From an uncultured Flavobacteriales bacterium (lineage in GTDB: Bacteria; Bacteroidota; Bacteroidia; Flavobacteriales; UBA7312), in the NCBI GenBank assembly GCA_913048435.1, contig CAJWWC010000001.1, forward strand, positions 25,281 to 89,280: a stretch of 64,000 nt of DNA, in the 5' to 3' direction. Positions 27,064-36,040 of the stretch are shown here, in pieces (the stretch's first letter is position 1; the number at the start of each line of letters is the position of its first letter). Made by a program: the position numbers and the translations under genes. The notes below the pieces were generated by a model that saw only the letters and a list, made by a program, of their open reading frames with translations, made no database searches and had not been told where the DNA came from.

Positions 27064-27399
27064 ATGGAAAGTACAAGACAAAAGAAAGTTTCTAGGCAGT
27101 TGTTGAAGGATTTGTCAGAAATATTACAACTCAAAGGAAGGGACTTAATAGGCACTTCTTTAGTGTCCGTTACGGTAGTTAGAATCTCTCCTGATTTATC
27201 AATTGCTAGAGTATATATTAGTGTTTTTGGCACTCAAGATAAAGACGCTTTATTGGCTAAAATGAATAAACAGTCTTATGCTATTCGCAAAAAATTAGGG
27301 CAACGCATACGCAACCAAATGCGTAAAGTACCCGAACTGAAGTTTTTTCTTGACGATTCTGTCGATTACTCTTTAAAGATAGAAGATTTATTAAAGTAA
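27064..27399 (+). CDS. rbfA: Ribosome-binding factor A
   Basis: 111 aa. RQKKVSRQLLKDLSEIL...VSVTVVRISPDLSIARVYISVF is typical RbfA. Confidence 0.85.
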   Translation: MESTRQKKVSRQLLKDLSEILQLKGRDLIGTSLVSVTVVRISPDLSIARVYISVFGTQDKDALLAKMNKQSYAIRKKLGQRIRNQMRKVPELKFFLDDSVDYSLKIEDLLK

Positions 27400-27401
27400 G
27401 A

Positions 27402-28604
27402 TTGAAAGTTGCCATTTATATCGCTAAGCGTTATTTGTTCTCTAAAAAGTCCAAAAACGTTGTTCATTATGTGAGCTTAGCTTCTATGATTGGCGTAGGC
27501 ATCGGTACTGCTGCTTTGATTCTTGTACTATCGGTATTCAACGGTTTTGAACAACTTATTTTGTCGTTATACAATTCTTTTGATCCACCTATCAAAGTGA
27601 GTGTTCTCGATGGCAAAGTGTCAGACTTTCAAGAGGCTAAAAATTACCTCGACGATAAGACTATCTTATATTCTGAGGTATTGGAAGAAAAGGTCTTGTT
27701 GCGCTATCAAGACAAAGAATACATAGCTACTCTTAAAGGAGTTGATGCTAATTTCAAAGCCATTAATGCTGTGGATACTATGCTCATTGCTGGTGATTAT
27801 TTAGACATTTATTCATCTAAACATACGGCAGTTGTGGGTCAAGGAGTGGCTTACTACCTTTCTATGAACATCGGAAATATATTCGACCAACTGCAAGTGT
27901 ATATTCCAGACAGAGAAAAAAAGAACTTATTAAGACCAGAAAAATCCTTCATTCAAAAAAGTATTCTACCAGTAGGCGTTTTTGCTATACAATCCGATTT
28001 TGATGCTGAATATGTATTAACCAATATTGCTTTTGTTAGAGAAGTACTAAACAGAGATAGCTTGTCTTCTTCTTCCTTAGAAATACGCTGTACTGATGCC
28101 GATATATCCACGATACAGACCGATTTACAAGAAATATTAGGCGAATCGTTTAGCGTTAAGAGTAAATACCAGCAACATGCTTTTTTATACAAGATATTAA
28201 ACTCTGAAAAATTAGCGGTATTTATCATTTTGAGCTTTATTCTCATCATAGCGACCTTTAATATTATCGGAGCTTTAACAATGCTAATGATAGAAAAGAA
28301 GAACGATATAAAACTGCTTTTTCACCTTGGTGCATCGCCTCAATTGGTAAAGCGTATTTTTTTCTTTGAAGGGCTTTTAACGACTGCTGTTGGGGCAATT
28401 ACAGGTTTAATGTTGGGTATTTTCATCGCTTGGCTACAAATTCAGTTCGGACTAATAAAAATGGGTAATGGCTCTTTTGTAGTCGATAGTTATCCTGTTG
28501 TTATAGAATCTTTAGATATATTATTTGTGCTTATAACAGTCTTTGGAATAGGCTGTATTGCAAGTCTAATACCAGCTAGGCAGTTGGTCAAACGCTATTT
28601 CTAA
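27402..28604 (+). CDS. FtsX-like ABC permease (LolC/LolE-like)
   Basis: 400 aa with N-terminal IAKRYLFSKK, one TM, a large periplasmic domain and three C-terminal TMs. TTG start at 27402, 2 nt after the rbfA stop. Confidence 0.75.
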   Translation: MKVAIYIAKRYLFSKKSKNVVHYVSLASMIGVGIGTAALILVLSVFNGFEQLILSLYNSFDPPIKVSVLDGKVSDFQEAKNYLDDKTILYSEVLEEKVLLRYQDKEYIATLKGVDANFKAINAVDTMLIAGDYLDIYSSKHTAVVGQGVAYYLSMNIGNIFDQLQVYIPDREKKNLLRPEKSFIQKSILPVGVFAIQSDFDAEYVLTNIAFVREVLNRDSLSSSSLEIRCTDADISTIQTDLQEILGESFSVKSKYQQHAFLYKILNSEKLAVFIILSFILIIATFNIIGALTMLMIEKKNDIKLLFHLGASPQLVKRIFFFEGLLTTAVGAITGLMLGIFIAWLQIQFGLIKMGNGSFVVDSYPVVIESLDILFVLITVFGIGCIASLIPARQLVKRYF

Positions 28605-29320
28605 ACCGTCTTTGAAGATGATTCAATCAGACGATTTAACTCTTTTAGTTCTGATTTTCTCAAATCACGATGCTCACCCACTTTCAAATCGAGGTGAATA
28701 TTCATTATACGAATACGCTTGAGTCTGACTACATGATAATCTAAGTATTCACACATTCGGCGAATTTGTCGGTTCAATCCTTGAGTCAGAATAATTTTAA
28801 AACGGTAATCTCCTATTTTTTTGACTTTACAAGGGCGAGTAACGGTGTCCAAAATTGGAATACCTTGACTCATCTTACTCACAAAGTCAGTATCAATTTT
28901 TTTATTGACATGCACAATATATTCCTTTTCGTGGTTGTTTCTGGCTCTTAGTATTTTGTTTACGATATCTCCATCATTGGTTAAAAGTATAAGCCCTTCA
29001 CTTGCTTTGTCTAGTCTGCCAATGGGAAAAATACGTTTGGGATAGTTGAGGAAGTCTATGATGTTATCTTTTTCTACTCTAGTATCAGTAGTGCATACAA
29101 TGCCAATTGGTTTGTTTAGGGCAATATAGACCGCTGCTTCTTCCGACTTACTTACAGCCTTACCATCAACACACACCTTATCTCCTTCTATTATTTTAGT
29201 TCCCATAAGGGGTACTTCGCCATTGATGGTCACTCGTCTTTGTTCTATAAGTTTATCGGCAGCTCGTCTAGAACAATAGCCTACTTCACTTAAATATTTA
29301 TTGATGCGTGTTTCTTTCAT
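28601..29320 (-). CDS. rluF: Pseudouridine synthase, RsuA/RluF family, with S4 domain
   Basis: 239 aa with S4 domain RINKYLSEVGYCSRRAADKLIEQRRVTING and catalytic GRLDKASEGLILLTNDG. Confidence 0.8.
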   Translation of the reverse strand: MKETRINKYLSEVGYCSRRAADKLIEQRRVTINGEVPLMGTKIIEGDKVCVDGKAVSKSEEAAVYIALNKPIGIVCTTDTRVEKDNIIDFLNYPKRIFPIGRLDKASEGLILLTNDGDIVNKILRARNNHEKEYIVHVNKKIDTDFVSKMSQGIPILDTVTRPCKVKKIGDYRFKIILTQGLNRQIRRMCEYLDYHVVRLKRIRIMNIHLDLKVGEHRDLRKSELKELNRLIESSSKTV

Positions 29321-29326
29321 TCGATT

Positions 29327-29842
29327 TTATGCCATTAGCTGTCCCCCAAAAAAGTTTTCGTATTCAAAATCGTAAAAAATAGAATCACCTATTGTTTTAC
29401 CACTGCTATTGTGGGCTTTATAGACGTCGGTATTAATAATTTCTTGAAATTCGACAAACAAACTGTCTCCATCGACTTGAGCTGAAACTTGTGTATAATC
29501 TGCTGTGGGGTTGTCAGTATAAGTGTGAACTTTTGCCCAATTTCTGATTTTAATTTGACTGGGGTTATGTTTATTTTGAACAATTTCTATCGTGTAGTTT
29601 CGTTGGCCTTCCCATTCACCAGGAATCATGCCGCCAGTAATACTATCATTAATGGAATATATACCTGTAAAATTTTCACTCAAATACTTACAAGAACCAT
29701 TATCTTTTACGGCATTTAAGTCATAATTTAGGGCTAGTAAATCTGTGCAGCCTTCTTCTTCTTTGCATGAGGAGTAAAATAAGGAAACTGCTACCATAAT
29801 AATAAAAATGGATTGTGGTTTAAGCAAATTCATATTCTCCAA
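29327..29842 (-). CDS. Hypothetical lipoprotein with a Cys-framed CTDxxAxNYDxxAxxDNGSC module
   Basis: About 168-171 aa with a signal peptide ending LFYSSC, followed by GCTDLLALNYDLNAVKDNGSCKY. I recognised no other family. The 5' end overlaps the dusB 3' end by 14-23 nt depending on which Met is used. Confidence 0.5.
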   Translation of the reverse strand: MENMNLLKPQSIFIIMVAVSLFYSSCKEEEGCTDLLALNYDLNAVKDNGSCKYLSENFTGIYSINDSITGGMIPGEWEGQRNYTIEIVQNKHNPSQIKIRNWAKVHTYTDNPTADYTQVSAQVDGDSLFVEFQEIINTDVYKAHNSSGKTIGDSIFYDFEYENFFGGQLMA

Positions 29843-30815
29843 ATGTATGTTCTATTTCGTAAAGAATCTCAAAAAGTTCTTCTGGCTGTTGTGCTGTCAC
29901 TAATCGCATTCTGTATTCTTTAAAATTTGGAATATGCTTAAAATAATTGGTGTAGTGTCGTCTTGTTTCTACAACACCTAAGATAGGACCTTTCCATTTT
30001 AAGGAAAATTCCAAATGCTCTTTACATACATCTATGCGTTCTTTCATAGTTGGCTTAGACAGTTCTTGACCTGTTTTTAGAAAGTGTTTTATTTCATTAA
30101 ATATCCAAGGGTAACCAATGGCAGCACGACCTATCATAATACCATCAACACCGTATTTATCACGCTTTAGTTGTGCAGTCTGTGGGCTATCCACATCGCC
30201 ATTTCCAAATACAGGAATGTGCATGCGTGGGTTGTTCTTGATCTCGGCAATAAGACTCCAATCGGCTTCTCCCTTATACATCTGTTTACGTGTACGACCG
30301 TGTATTGCAATAGCTTTGATACCAACATCTTGTAGTCGCTCAGCAATTTCAACGATGTGTTTGCTATTATCGTCCCATCCCAATCGTGTTTTTACGGTTA
30401 CAGGCAAATGAGTGGCATTGACAATCTCTTTAGTCATGGATACCATCTTTGGGATATCTTTGAGTATGCCCGAACCAGCTCCCTTGCAGGTCACCTTTTT
30501 TACTGGGCAACCATAATTGATATCTATGAAGTCAGGGTTCACCTTCTCACATATTTTAGTGGTTTGCTTCATGGACTCTATATCATGTCCAAAAATTTGA
30601 ATGGCTAGTGGGCGTTCGTAGTCGAAGAAATCCAATTTTTGAGTACTCTTTACCGCATCACGTATTAGACCCTCTGAAGAGATGAATTCTGTGTACATAA
30701 CATCTGCTCCATGACGTTTGCACAATGCACGAAATGGCGGGTCACTGACATCTTCCATGGGGGCTAATAATAATGGAAAATCACCTAAAATGATATTACC
30801 TATCTTTACACTCAT
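29820..30815 (-). CDS. dusB: tRNA-dihydrouridine synthase
   Basis: LLLAPMEDVSDPPFR, GCPVKKV and HGRTRKQMY motifs. The start is taken at the ATG at 30815 (MSVKIGNI...), which is supported by a -7 box 5 nt upstream. The track start 30863 would overlap the CPBP gene. Confidence 0.85.
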   Translation of the reverse strand: MSVKIGNIILGDFPLLLAPMEDVSDPPFRALCKRHGADVMYTEFISSEGLIRDAVKSTQKLDFFDYERPLAIQIFGHDIESMKQTTKICEKVNPDFIDINYGCPVKKVTCKGAGSGILKDIPKMVSMTKEIVNATHLPVTVKTRLGWDDNSKHIVEIAERLQDVGIKAIAIHGRTRKQMYKGEADWSLIAEIKNNPRMHIPVFGNGDVDSPQTAQLKRDKYGVDGIMIGRAAIGYPWIFNEIKHFLKTGQELSKPTMKERIDVCKEHLEFSLKWKGPILGVVETRRHYTNYFKHIPNFKEYRMRLVTAQQPEELFEILYEIEHTFGEYEFA

Positions 30816-30820
30816 TTTTG

Positions 30821-30828
30821 CAAAATTA
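30821..30828 (-). promoter_or_regulatory. -7 box TAATTTTG, 5 nt upstream of the dusB ATG (leaderless candidate)
   Basis: The reverse complement of caaaatta. The spacer is CAAAA, then ATG at 30815. Confidence 0.5.
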
Positions 30829-30846
30829 ACTAATTTATAATTCGAT

Positions 30847-31737
30847 ATGAATCTTAAAGGCATTTATAAAGATTATGAGCCCATTAAGCAAGTCTTTATC
30901 TTATTTATGTCGCTATTTGTGAGCTTTATTGTCTTCAACGCTTTAGGTATGATAGGCGTTAGCCTAATTGATGCTCCTTCTCTTAGTGATTTTGAGAATA
31001 AAGCTACCATACAATCCTTGAAGTTTTTACAAGCATTTAGCTCTACAGGAATATTTATTGTGCCCCCTTTTTTATTTGCCTATTTGACGTCTAAGTCCTT
31101 AAATTTTAAAGCAGTGAGTCGTCAGCAATTTCTGTTGACAGTAGCTATTATGTGCTTTGCTTTCCCTTTGATTAATGCCTTAGCTTTGTGGAATGAGGGT
31201 TTGCATTTACCATCTTTTTTGTCTGGCCTAGAAGACTGGATGCGTTCGGCAGAAAGTCAGGCTATGCAGATAACGGAGGCCTTTTTAAAGGTTGATCATT
31301 GGTCGGAATTATTGCTCAACATCCTAATTATAGGTGTTATTCCAGCACTTGGTGAGGAATTATTATTTAGAGCAGTCATACAGAAAGAGTTGTTTTCAAG
31401 AAATGGCAAAATACACTTGAGTATTTGGATAACAGCTTTTCTTTTTAGTGCCATGCACTTACAATTTTTAGGTTTTATCCCTCGCTTTCTAATCGGTGGC
31501 TTGTTGGGTTATTTGTTTTATTGGAGTGGTTCAATATGGTTACCTATTTTGGCTCATTTTGTAAATAATGCAGGAGCAGTTATCTTGAGTTACTTCATTA
31601 ACCAACAAAGCATCTCCAAAGAGGTTGAGCAACTAGGAGCTAAAGATGGTCAGCTGTCCATGCTTATCATCGCTTTATTGGGGCTGCTCATGTTGCTGTA
31701 TTTGCTCCAGATGATTTCTAAACCTCAATCGAACTAA
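30847..31737 (+). CDS. CPBP family intramembrane glutamic endopeptidase (CAAX protease-like)
   Basis: 296 aa polytopic protein with motifs GEELLFRAVIQ, FSAMH and HFVNN. Confidence 0.8.
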   Translation: MNLKGIYKDYEPIKQVFILFMSLFVSFIVFNALGMIGVSLIDAPSLSDFENKATIQSLKFLQAFSSTGIFIVPPFLFAYLTSKSLNFKAVSRQQFLLTVAIMCFAFPLINALALWNEGLHLPSFLSGLEDWMRSAESQAMQITEAFLKVDHWSELLLNILIIGVIPALGEELLFRAVIQKELFSRNGKIHLSIWITAFLFSAMHLQFLGFIPRFLIGGLLGYLFYWSGSIWLPILAHFVNNAGAVILSYFINQQSISKEVEQLGAKDGQLSMLIIALLGLLMLLYLLQMISKPQSN

Positions 31738-31783
31738 AAAAACTTTAAAAACGAGTCTTCAACTTTAAAAAATTGAACAATTC

Positions 31784-32251
31784 TTACTGAACTTTCTTTC
31801 TTGTAGAATAGTTAATCTTCAGAGCATTGGCTTTTCGAAGCTCTTGCTTGACGTCAGTTACAATTCCCATTTTAGTATTTTGGTCAGCCTTTATAGAAGT
31901 GGTCATAAACGGCACTTCTTTTTCATCACGAGCAGTACGCTCGGCAGTAATGTACTGTGGAATATCATCGACAGTAGCAAAGGCGTCGTTCAGCTGAATA
32001 CGTGCTTTAGTACCATAAGTGCCTTGCATTCTCTCAACTGGACTACCTATGTAGATATAGCTTACTAAAGATTTTTTTTGTAGCTTTTGTATTTCGGTGG
32101 CTTGTGGTAAACTTTGTTGTACCATTATTGTAGTTTCACGCATTACGGTTGTTACCATGAAGAAAAACAAAAGCATAAATACGATGTCGGGTAGCGATGC
32201 TGTCGATATTCCTGGCGTATCTTTTTTAGAATCTTTTCTGAATTTAGACAT
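31784..32251 (-). CDS. exbD: ExbD/TolR family biopolymer transport protein
   Basis: 155 aa with a single N-terminal TM (LPDIVFMLLFFFMVTT) and a periplasmic domain. Confidence 0.8.
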   Translation of the reverse strand: MSKFRKDSKKDTPGISTASLPDIVFMLLFFFMVTTVMRETTIMVQQSLPQATEIQKLQKKSLVSYIYIGSPVERMQGTYGTKARIQLNDAFATVDDIPQYITAERTARDEKEVPFMTTSIKADQNTKMGIVTDVKQELRKANALKINYSTRKKVQ

Positions 32252-32253
32252 AA

Positions 32254-32799
32254 CTAGTTTCCTATATTTTTGGGTTCTGCTTCAGATATTTTTTGAGGGT
32301 ACTCCTTTCTTATCTCTTTCTGCTGTGTCTTGTTCAAATTAGCATACATCATACCAAAACGTTGCATAGCCTTAGCGTCTCTTAGCTCTCTGTATGCAGC
32401 CGCCAATTCGTTTTGTACCAGTATGTAGGTTTCGTAAGATGTTCCTCTGTCGTTCTGTAATGAAATAATAGCTTTTTGTGGGTTGTCCGATGATTCGGGA
32501 TTACGACCATTATTGTTGATAAAAGCTTTAGCACCTGCACGAAGTTGTGTGATGTCTATAAATTCGTTTTCTACTAGCAATTGATTGTTAGAGTTTATCA
32601 ATACCACATAGATATTTTTAGCTTTGATTTGAGAATCATCTTGGATAATATCTTCTTCTGGCATAGGAGGTAACTTACGAGCTAATCCAGTATCCACGTC
32701 CATAGTAGTCGTTACTAGAAAAAATATAAGCAGTAAGAAGGCGATGTCTGCCATAGAGCCAGCATTGATTTCTGATGCACCTTTAGCTCTTCTTGCCAT
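32254..32799 (-). CDS. exbD: ExbD/TolR family biopolymer transport protein (longer paralogue)
   Basis: 181 aa with N-terminal INAGSMADIAFLLLIFFLVTT. Confidence 0.8.
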   Translation of the reverse strand: MARRAKGASEINAGSMADIAFLLLIFFLVTTTMDVDTGLARKLPPMPEEDIIQDDSQIKAKNIYVVLINSNNQLLVENEFIDITQLRAGAKAFINNNGRNPESSDNPQKAIISLQNDRGTSYETYILVQNELAAAYRELRDAKAMQRFGMMYANLNKTQQKEIRKEYPQKISEAEPKNIGN

Positions 32800-32802
32800 A
32801 AT

Positions 32803-33141
32803 TTATTTTTTAAATAGTTTACCTAACTCAGCGTAAAGAACGGCTAGAACAGCACCAATAGAAAGTATGTAGAAGGTGATTAAACCCATACCAACTCTTT
32901 TAGTGGAGGCTTCTGTCATTCCAAACTTTTCAGAACCAGGGAAAGTCATTAAATCTCCTGATGAGATGATGTAAGATACAACTGCAATAAGCAGCAGTCC
33001 ACCAACACCCATCAATGCTGTTTTGCCTTTTGAAGGATTCTTAGCCAAGAACATCAAAGGATAGATAACGGCTGCTAGGGCAGCAACACCTATCATTGCG
33101 TAGGTTAGAATCAGTCCGGCGTTGATTAAAAAATCCGACAT
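32803..33141 (-). CDS. Small 3-TM membrane protein of unknown function inside the exbB-exbD operon
   Basis: 112 aa with three hydrophobic segments. It lies 2-3 nt from both neighbours. No family recognised. Confidence 0.5.
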   Translation of the reverse strand: MSDFLINAGLILTYAMIGVAALAAVIYPLMFLAKNPSKGKTALMGVGGLLLIAVVSYIISSGDLMTFPGSEKFGMTEASTKRVGMGLITFYILSIGAVLAVLYAELGKLFKK

Positions 33142-33143
33142 GC

Positions 33144-33956
33144 TTATTTAATTTTGTTTTTTACTAAAATATCTACAAATGAGATTGAAGCATCTTCCAT
33201 AGTATTTACGATACTATCAATTTTTGCAACAATATAGTTGTAAAAGATCTGTAATATCATAGCTACGATAAGACCAAATACAGTAGTTAAAAGTGCTACT
33301 TTAATACCTCCAGCAACTAATGATGGAGAAATGTCTCCTGCTGCCTCAATAGCGTCAAAAGCACCAATCATACCAATTACAGTACCCATAAAGCCAAGCA
33401 TTGGCGCTAAAGCAATGAATAATGAAATCCATGAAAGACCTCTTTCTAATAAGCCCATTTGTACACTTCCGTAAGCCACTACTGACTTTTCAACCACATC
33501 AATACCCTCACCAGAACGGTCTAAGCCTTGATAAAATATACTTGCTACTGGGCCAGGAGTATTTCTACATAAATCTTTTGCAGTATCTACATTACCTGAT
33601 GATAAAGCTCCCTCGATGTCAGATAATAATAAATCAGCGTTAGTTGTTGCTTTATTTAGGTAAATTATTCTTTCTATGCATAGTGCCAATCCAAGAATTA
33701 GACACAAAAGAACTATACCCATGAATGATGGACCACCTTCAATAAATTTTTGTTTGATAACTTGGTGAAAAGAAGGGCTTTGTGTTACTTCAGCACTTGA
33801 TGCCTCAATACTTGTTTCCACTACTTCTTCAACAGCTTCCATTTCTTCTACGATTGTTGTTGTGTCAATTTTATCTTGTACTGTAGCAAAGGTTGCTTGA
33901 CTTACCCCAAAGGTTAAAGAAAAAGTCAGCATAAAAAGAGCTAATAGATTTTTCAT
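33144..33956 (-). CDS. exbB: MotA/TolQ/ExbB proton-channel family protein
   Basis: Signal-peptide-like N-terminus, an acidic periplasmic extension, and the conserved LAPMLGFMGTVIGMIGAF / LLTTVFGLIVA core. The start is taken at the ATG at 33956 (MKNLLALF). Confidence 0.85.
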   Translation of the reverse strand: MKNLLALFMLTFSLTFGVSQATFATVQDKIDTTTIVEEMEAVEEVVETSIEASSAEVTQSPSFHQVIKQKFIEGGPSFMGIVLLCLILGLALCIERIIYLNKATTNADLLLSDIEGALSSGNVDTAKDLCRNTPGPVASIFYQGLDRSGEGIDVVEKSVVAYGSVQMGLLERGLSWISLFIALAPMLGFMGTVIGMIGAFDAIEAAGDISPSLVAGGIKVALLTTVFGLIVAMILQIFYNYIVAKIDSIVNTMEDASISFVDILVKNKIK

Positions 33957-33994
33957 TTTAATATTTGTTTTATATTGTTTTTTTAAACTCAATA

Positions 33995-34002
33995 CAAATC
34001 TA
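33995..34002 (-). promoter_or_regulatory. Putative -7 box TAGATTTG for the exbB operon (38-nt spacer)
   Basis: The reverse complement of caaatcta. Confidence 0.35.
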
Positions 34003-34123
34003 CACAAATTAATAGTTTAAAAAAATGTACTTGAAAATTAAATCTTAAGTAATGTTGATTATTTTTTTAACTTGTCTTCAAATTACTTAAAAGAAAAATA
34101 CCTTTAGGCACTTTTATTTAATG

Positions 34124-34208
34124 CGGAAAGGAAGGGATTCGAACCCCCGATACGTTTCCGTATACACGCTTTCCAAGCGTGCGCCTTAAGCCACTCGGCC
34201 ACCTTTCC
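34124..34208 (-). tRNA. tRNA-Ser (anticodon GGA)
   Basis: Minus-strand sequence GGAAAGGTGGCCGAGTGGCTTAAGGCGCACGCTTGGAAAGCGTGTATACGGAAACGTATCGGGGGTTCGAATCCCTTCCTTTCCG. It has a 7-bp acceptor stem (GGAAAGG/CCTTTCC), anticodon stem CACGC/GCGTG with loop TTGGAAA, a long variable arm and T-loop GGTTCGAATCC. CCA is not encoded. Confidence 0.9.
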
Positions 34209-34237
34209 AATAAGCTAACAAAACTAAGAAATGCATT

Positions 34238-35242
34238 TTAATTGCTAAGCTCTCCTCTTAAAGAAATTTGAAGTCGGTGTTTTATTTCTTTTAGTGAATA
34301 GTCACCTCCTAACAAGAACATCATTTTGGTTAATGCTGCCTCTGATGTCATATCCTTACCACTAATCACGCCTAGTTCTTCTAATTTTGAGCTTGTTTCA
34401 TACAAGCCTTGACTCACGCTTCCCGAAATACATTGACTAATATTTAATATTAATTTTTTATTTCTAACAGCAGATTGTACAGACTTTAAAAACCAGCCTG
34501 TTGTAGTTGCATTACCTGCGCCAAAAGTTTCCAAAACGATACCTTTATATGAAAAGTTCAATACACTTGCGATGTATTCTTTTTTCATACTTGGAAACAG
34601 TTTTAGAATAAGAACGTCTTCGCATAAATTAGTGTGTACTTTTAAGTCTTTGTGTGTATGGGAGTATTTTATAGGGCTGTACTTTATATCAAGACCTGCT
34701 TCTGCCAAATAGACGAAGTTAGGACTTTTAAAGGCTTCAAAATGTTCGGCATTGGCTTTGGTACATCGGTTGCCTCGCATTAGTCGGTATTCAAAGTAAA
34801 CACATACTTCTGGTATATTGCCTTTAGCAGCAATTTCTATAGAGGTAATGATATTTTCTTTAGCATCAGTTCGGCGCACTCCAATGGGCAATTGTGCACC
34901 AGTAAGGATAACGGGCTTATTCAAATTTTCTAGCATAAAGCTAAGTGCTGATGCTGTATATGCCATAGTGTCTGAGCCATGAAGAATAACAAAACCGTTG
35001 TAGTTGTTGTACTCTTTTTCAATAATTTCTGCCAATTGTATCCATACTTCTTTAGACATATTAGAGGAGTCTATGGGCTGTGCTATACTTATGGCATTGA
35101 TGTCGACATCAAAGGTGTTAAGCTCAGGAATTTGTGTGCTAAGGGTGTCCAAATCGAAAGGTTTTAAGCTCCCTTTATTGGTCTTATACATGCCAATTGT
35201 ACCACCTGTATATATAAGTAAGACAGAATTGGATTGTTTCAT
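34238..35242 (-). CDS. ansA: L-asparaginase, type I (cytoplasmic)
   Basis: 334 aa with active-site LLIYTGGTIGM and HGSDTMAYTASAL. Confidence 0.85.
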   Translation of the reverse strand: MKQSNSVLLIYTGGTIGMYKTNKGSLKPFDLDTLSTQIPELNTFDVDINAISIAQPIDSSNMSKEVWIQLAEIIEKEYNNYNGFVILHGSDTMAYTASALSFMLENLNKPVILTGAQLPIGVRRTDAKENIITSIEIAAKGNIPEVCVYFEYRLMRGNRCTKANAEHFEAFKSPNFVYLAEAGLDIKYSPIKYSHTHKDLKVHTNLCEDVLILKLFPSMKKEYIASVLNFSYKGIVLETFGAGNATTTGWFLKSVQSAVRNKKLILNISQCISGSVSQGLYETSSKLEELGVISGKDMTSEAALTKMMFLLGGDYSLKEIKHRLQISLRGELSN

Positions 35243-36006
35243 AATTTAAAAAGTGTTTTAGCATTTTGTGTAGTTACTTTTGCTACTTCTTCGATTTTTA
35301 GGCCATAGATTTCTGCCAATTTTTGTGCAATTAAAGTAATGTAGGAACTTTCATTGCGCTGTCCTCTGTGTGGAGTGGGGGCAAGATATGGGCTATCGGT
35401 TTCTAATAAAATTTTATCTATTCGAAGCTCTTTTAAGGTTTTATCTAAACCACTATTCTTGAAGGTAACGACTCCACCTATTCCAAGCATAAAACCCATG
35501 TCTATAGCTTTTTGCCCTTGCTCTTTAGTTCCTGTAAAACAATGAAAAACTCCTCTTAAATTTTGGTCATTGACTTCTTCTACCACTTCGAAAATTGCCT
35601 CGAAACTTTTTCTTACATGTATGGCTACCGGCAAGTCGTATTCTTTAGCCCATATCAATTGCTGACGAAAAGCCTTTTTTTGAATATCTAATGTACTTTT
35701 GTCCCAATACAAATCGATACCAATTTCACCCACTGCTATAAAATTCCCTTTATTGAGGTGAGATTTGACAATTTTTAATTCTTGCTCATAATCGTCTTTG
35801 ACATCACATGGGTGTAGTCCCATCATAGGGAAACAATGTTGTGGAAAATCTTGGCATAGTTGATGCATCGCTTTTACTGTTTCACTATTGATATTTGGCA
35901 ATAGCATTTTGTTAACGCCTAGCTCAATGGCTTTCTGAACAACTTGGTGTCTGTCATTTTCAAATCGGGAAGAAAATAAATGAGTATGTGTATCAATAAA
36001 GTGCAC
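35239..36006 (-). CDS. TatD family metal-dependent hydrolase
   Basis: 255 aa with FIDTHTHL, GEIGIDLYW, VAIHVR, FHCFTG and ETDSPYL motifs. GTG start at 36006. ATGA-type overlap with ansA. Confidence 0.85.
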   Translation of the reverse strand: MHFIDTHTHLFSSRFENDRHQVVQKAIELGVNKMLLPNINSETVKAMHQLCQDFPQHCFPMMGLHPCDVKDDYEQELKIVKSHLNKGNFIAVGEIGIDLYWDKSTLDIQKKAFRQQLIWAKEYDLPVAIHVRKSFEAIFEVVEEVNDQNLRGVFHCFTGTKEQGQKAIDMGFMLGIGGVVTFKNSGLDKTLKELRIDKILLETDSPYLAPTPHRGQRNESSYITLIAQKLAEIYGLKIEEVAKVTTQNAKTLFKL

Positions 36007-36010
36007 ATTA

Positions 36011-36018
36011 CAAAATTA
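36011..36018 (-). promoter_or_regulatory. -7 box TAATTTTG, 4 nt upstream of the tatD-like GTG start (leaderless candidate)
   Basis: The reverse complement of caaaatta. The spacer is TAAT, then GTG at 36006. Confidence 0.45.
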
Positions 36019-36029
36019 GAATTATTTAT

Positions 36030-36037
36030 TAGTTTTG
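36030..36037 (+). promoter_or_regulatory. -7 box TAGTTTTG, 3 nt upstream of the GT9 ATG (leaderless candidate)
   Basis: tagttttg, then ata, then ATG at 36041. Confidence 0.45.
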
Positions 36038-36040
36038 ATA

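Noticed and set aside
31741-31771. Direct repeat AACTTTAAAAA x2 (31741-31751 and 31761-31771) between the convergent CPBP and exbD genes.
   Set aside because: It is a low-complexity A/T repeat in a 46-nt gap. Only a weak 5-bp hairpin can be drawn, so there is not enough evidence to call a terminator or a repeat element.
34009-34237. tRNA-Ser as a possible integration hotspot or genomic-island boundary.
   Set aside because: Both flanks are ordinary housekeeping operons (exbB-exbD and ansA-tatD). I saw no integrase, no partial tRNA 3'-end duplicate, and only a weak 9-bp inverted repeat (TTAAGTAAT/ATTACTTAA).
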